Positions 59,410 through 64,000 of a DNA stretch of 64,000 bases are shown here, one piece after another. Location: NCBI GenBank assembly GCA_964016885.1, contig OZ024742.1:365738001-365802000 (forward strand), in the 5' to 3' direction. Position numbers and translations under genes: made by a program. The notes under the pieces were generated by a model, which had not been told where the DNA came from, ran no database searches, and saw nothing but the letters and a program-made list of their open reading frames with translations. The stretch is from Eledone cirrhosa. Lineage: Eukaryota. The first letter of the stretch is position 1, and each line of letters starts with the position of its first letter.

Positions 59410-62400
59410 TTGTTGTCAGAAAACTATATTCCATATATTGTCAGAAAACTATATTCCATATATTGTTGTCAGTAAACTATATTCCATATATTGTCAGAAA
59501 ACTATATTCCATATATTGTTGTCAGAAAACTATATTACATATATTGTCAGAAAACTATATTCCATATATTGTCAGAAAACTATATTCCATATATCGTTGT
59601 CAGAAAACTATATTCCATATATTGATGTCTGAAAACTATATTCCATATATTGTCAGAAAACTATATTCTATATATTGTTGTCAGTTAACTATATTCCATA
59701 TATTGTCAGAAAACTATATTCCATATATTGTTGTCAGAAAACTATATTCCATATATTGTCAGAGAACTATATTCTATATATTGTTGTCAGGAAACTATAT
59801 TCCATATATTGTCAGACATCTATATTCCATATATTGTTGTCAGTAAACTATATTCCATATATTGTTGTTAGAAAACTATATTCCATATATTGTCAGAAAA
59901 CTATATTCCATATATTGTCAGAAAACTATATTCCATATATTGTCAGAAAACTATATTCCATATATTGTCAGAAAACTATATTCCATATATTGTTGTCAGA
60001 AAACTATATTCCATATATTGTCAGAAAACTATATTCCATATATTGTTGTCAGTAAACTATATTTCATATATTGTCAGAAAACTATATTCCATATATTGTT
60101 GTCAGAAAACTATATTCCATATATTGTCAGAAAACTATATTCCATATATTGTCAGAAAACTATATTCCATATATTGTCAGAAAACTATATTCCATATATT
60201 GTTGTCAGAAAACTATATTCCATATATTGTCAGAAAACTATATTCCATATATTGTTGTCAGAAAACTATATTCCATATATTGTCAGAAAACTATATTCCA
60301 TATATTGTCAGAAAACTATATTCCATATATTGTCAGAAAACTATATTCCATATGTTGTCAGAAAACTATATTCCATATATTGTTGTCAGAAAACTATATT
60401 CCATATATTGTCAGAAAACTATATTCCATATATTGTCAGAAAACTATATTCCATATGTTGTCAGAAAACTATATTCCATATATTGTTGTCAGAAAACTAT
60501 ATTCCAGATATTGTTGTCAGAAAACTATATTCCATATACTGTCAGAAAACTATATTCCATATATTGTCAGAAAACTATATTCCATATGTTGTCAGAAAAC
60601 TATATTCCATATATTGTTGTCAGAAAACTATATTCCATATATTGTCAGAAAACTATTTCCATATATTGTTGTCAGGAAACTATATTCCATATATTGTCAG
60701 ACAACTATATTCCATATATTGTTGTCAGTAAACTATATTCCATTTATTGTTGTCAGAAAACTATATTCCATATATTGTTGTCAGAAAACTATATTCCATA
60801 TATTGTTGTCAGTAAACAATATTCCATATATTGTCAGAAAACTATATTCCATATATTGTTGTCAGTAAACTATATTCCATATATTGTTGTCAGAAAACTA
60901 TATTCCATATATTGTCAGAAAACTATATTCCATATATTGTTGTCAGAAAACTATATTCCATATATTGTCAGAAAACTATATTCCATATATTGTTGTCAGA
61001 AAACTATATTCCATATATTGTCAGAAAACTATATTCCATATATTGTTGTCAGAAAACTATATTCCATATATTGTCAGACTACTATATTCCATATATTGTT
61101 GTCAGTAAACTATATTCCATATATTGTTGTTAGAAAACTATATTCCATATATTGTTGTCAGAAAACTATATTCCATATATTGTTGTCAGTAAACTATATT
61201 CCATATATTGTCAGAAAACTATATTCCATATATTGTTGTCAGAAAACTATATTCCATATATTGTCAGAAAACTATATTCCATATGTTGTCAGAAAACTAT
61301 ATTCCATATATTGTTGTCAGAAAACTATATTCCATATATTGTCAGAAAACTATATTCCATATATTGTTGTCAGTAAACTATATTCCATATATTGTCAGAA
61401 AACTATATTCCATATATTGTTGTCAGAAAACTATATTACATATATTGTCAGAAAACTATATTCCATATATTGTCAGAAAACTATATTCCATATATCGTTG
61501 TCAGAAAACTATATTCCATATATTGATGTCTGAAAACTATATTCCATATATTGTCAGAAAACTATATTCTATATATTGTTGTCAGTTAACTATATTCCAT
61601 ATATTGTCAGAAAACTATATTCCATATATTGTTGTCAGAAAACTATATTCCATATATTGTCAGAGAACTATATTCTATATATTGTTGTCAGGAAACTATA
61701 TTCCATATATTGTCAGACATCTATATTCCATATATTGTTGTCAGTAAACTATATTCCATATATTGTTGTTAGAAAACTATATTCCATATATTGTCAGAAA
61801 ACTATATTCCATATATTGTCAGAAAACTATATTCCATATATTGTCAGAAAACTATATTCCATATATTGTCAGAAAACTATATTCCATATATTGTTGTCAG
61901 AAAACTATATTCCATATATTGTCAGAAAACTATATTCCATATATTGTTGTCAGTAAACTATATTTCATATATTGTCAGAAAACTATATTCCATATATTGT
62001 TGTCAGAAAACTATATTCCATATATTGTCAGAAAACTATATTCCATATATTGTCAGAAAACTATATTCCATATATTGTCAGAAAACTATATTCCATATAT
62101 TGTTGTCAGAAAACTATATTCCATATATTGTCAGAAAACTATATTCCATATATTGTTGTCAGAAAACTATATTCCATATATTGTCAGAAAACTATATTCC
62201 ATATATTGTCAGAAAACTATATTCCATATATTGTCAGAAAACTATATTCCATATGTTGTCAGAAAACTATATTCCATATATTGTTGTCAGAAAACTATAT
62301 TCCATATATTGTCAGAAAACTATATTCCATATATTGTCAGAAAACTATATTCCATATGTTGTCAGAAAACTATATTCCATATATTGTTGTCAGAAAACTA

Positions 62401-63180
62401 TATTCCAGATATTGTTGTCAGAAAACTATATTCCATATACTGTCAGAAAACTATATTCCATATATTGTCAGAAAACTATATTCTATATGTTGTCAGAAAA
62501 CTATATTCCATATATTGTTGTCAGAAAACTATATTCCATATATTGTCAGAAAACTATTTCCATATATTGTTGTCAGGAAACTATATTCCATATATTGTCA
62601 GACAACTATATTCCATATATTGTTGTCAGTAAACTATATTCCATTTATTGTTGTCAGAAAACTATATTCCATATATTGTTGTCAGAAAACTATATTCCAT
62701 ATATTGTTGTCAGTAAACAATATTCCATATATTGTCAGAAAACTATATTCCATATATTGTTGTCAGTAAACTATATTCCATATATTGTTGTCAGAAAACT
62801 ATATTCCATATATTGTCAGAAAACTATATTCCATATATTGTTGTCAGAAAACTATATTCCATATATTGTCAGAAAACTATATTCCATATATTGTTGTCAG
62901 AAAACTATATTCCATATATTGTCAGAAAACTATATTCCATATATTGTTGTCAGAAAACTATATTCCATATATTGTCAGACTACTATATTCCATATATTGT
63001 TGTCAGTAAACTATATTCCATATATTGTTGTTAGAAAACTATATTCCATATATTGTTGTCAGAAAACTATATTCCATATATTGTTGTCAGTAAACTATAT
63101 TCCATATATTGTCAGAAAACTATATTCCATATATTGTTGTCAGAAAACTATATTCCATATATTGTCAGAAAACTATATTC
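59410..63180. repeat. 1,901-bp tandem duplication
   Basis: ORF pairs 59675..60055/61576..61956, 59862..60731/61763..62632 and 60071..60868/61972..62769; shared CAGTTAAC, CAGACATC and CAGACTAC markers. Confidence 0.92.
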
Positions 63181-64000
63181 CATATATTGTTGTCAGAAAA
63201 CTATATTCCATATATTGTCAGAAAACTATATTCCATATATTGTCAGAAAACTATATTCCATATATTGATGTCTGAAAACTATATTCCATATATTGTCAGA
63301 AAACTATATTACATATATTGTTGTCAGAAAACTATATTCCATATATTGTCAGAAAACTATATTCCATATATTGTTTTCAGAAAACTATATTCCATATATT
63401 GTCAGACAACTATATTCCATATATTGTTGTCAGTAAACTATATTCCATATATTGTTGTTAGAAAACTATATTCCATATATTGTTGTCAGAAAACTATATT
63501 CCATATATTGTCAGAAAACTATATTCCTTATATTGTTGTCAGAAAACTATATTCCATATATTGTCAGAAAACTATATTCCATATATTGTTGTCAGAAAAC
63601 TATATTCCATATATTGTCAGAAAACTATATTCCATATATTGTTGTCAGAAAACTATATTCCATATATTGTCAGAAAACTATATTCCATATATTGTTGTCA
63701 GTAAACTATATTCCATATATTGTCAGAAAACTATATTCCATATATTGTTGTCAGAAAACTATATTCCATATATTGTCAGAAAACTATATTCCATATATTG
63801 TTGTCAGAAAACTATATTCCATATATTGTCAGAAAACTATATTCCATATATTGTTGTCAGAAAACTATATTCCATATATTGTCAGAAAACTATATTCCAT
63901 ATATTGTCAGAAAACTATATTCCATATATTGTTGTCAGAAAACTATATTCCATATATTGTTGTCAGAAAACTATATTCCATATATTGTCAGAAAACTATA

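Larger units (their letters stand above)
33960..60150. repeat. Large tandem duplication: copy A about 33960-46170 (12,209 bp) and copy B about 46170-60130, each with its own internal duplication
   Basis: Offsets 12,209 (34063/46272, 35413/47622, 39716/51925), 16,035 (39716/55751, 41567/57602, 42580/58615) and 13,955 (45720/59675). Confidence 0.9.
1..64000. repeat. Tandem satellite array of 25-bp (S) and 28-bp (L) monomers, consensus GTCAGAAAACTATATTCCATATATT[GTT]; runs off both window ends
   Basis: Read directly: 1-28 is L, 29-53 is S, and the same two monomers with scattered substitutions continue to 64000 in one orientation. The consensus has 6/25 or 7/28 G+C and no CpG. Confidence 0.99.

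Noticed and set aside
24-63704. Hundreds of overlapping + strand ORFs up to 894 aa as protein-coding genes
   Set aside because: All three frames give the same low-complexity repeat translation. Starts are mostly TTG within the repeat and ends are random stop-creating variants. No unique domain or gene context is present.
1-64000. CRISPR array (repeat length 25-28 bp, GTT/GTC start, partial dyad)
   Set aside because: Monomers abut directly with no spacers, and there is no leader or cas gene.
1-64000. Telomerase-made telomeric tract with template stutter (some yeasts have repeats of about 25 bp)
   Set aside because: There is no G-rich strand, and the S/L order and point variants are inherited in kb-scale blocks rather than generated anew. 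A subtelomeric location is not excluded.
1-64000. Pure amplification or sequencing artefact (rolling-circle or MDA concatemer)
   Set aside because: Hierarchically shared variants, diverged paralogous blocks and almost no homopolymer indels indicate real evolution. Exact copy numbers of near-identical blocks could still be misassembled.
1-64000. piRNA or small-RNA precursor because monomer sizes match 25-28 nt
   Set aside because: Size coincidence only; nothing in the sequence supports transcription or processing.
1-64000. S/L order as a deliberately encoded message or synthetic construct
   Set aside because: The pattern is accounted for by alternation plus nested duplications with natural-looking substitutions. 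No adapters, cloning sites or framing are visible.

Overview
The whole 64 kb window is one uninterrupted, head-to-tail, AT-rich (about 24-25% GC) satellite array with no unique sequence and no inversion that I could see. It is built from two monomers: S, 25 bp (GTCAGAAAACTATATTCCATATATT), and L, 28 bp (S plus GTT). They are mixed in an irregular but strongly alternating order, roughly 2,400 monomers in all (estimated from length). Shared point variants show nested segmental duplications of about 0.4-19 kb and two variant layers that meet at about 29-34 kb. All ORFs in the track are by-products of a repeat whose + strand consensus has no stop codon, so no protein-coding gene, RNA gene, CRISPR array or transposon is supported. 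The most notable signal is that the L monomer is a 14-bp-arm quasi-palindrome, and several common and several copy-specific substitutions correct its mismatches, which suggests hairpin-templated mutagenesis. The source organism and any function cannot be determined from this window; eukaryotic heterochromatin or centromere is plausible but is inference. Duplication offsets come from matching ORF-track coordinates and marker variants; boundaries are approximate (about +/-100 bp).
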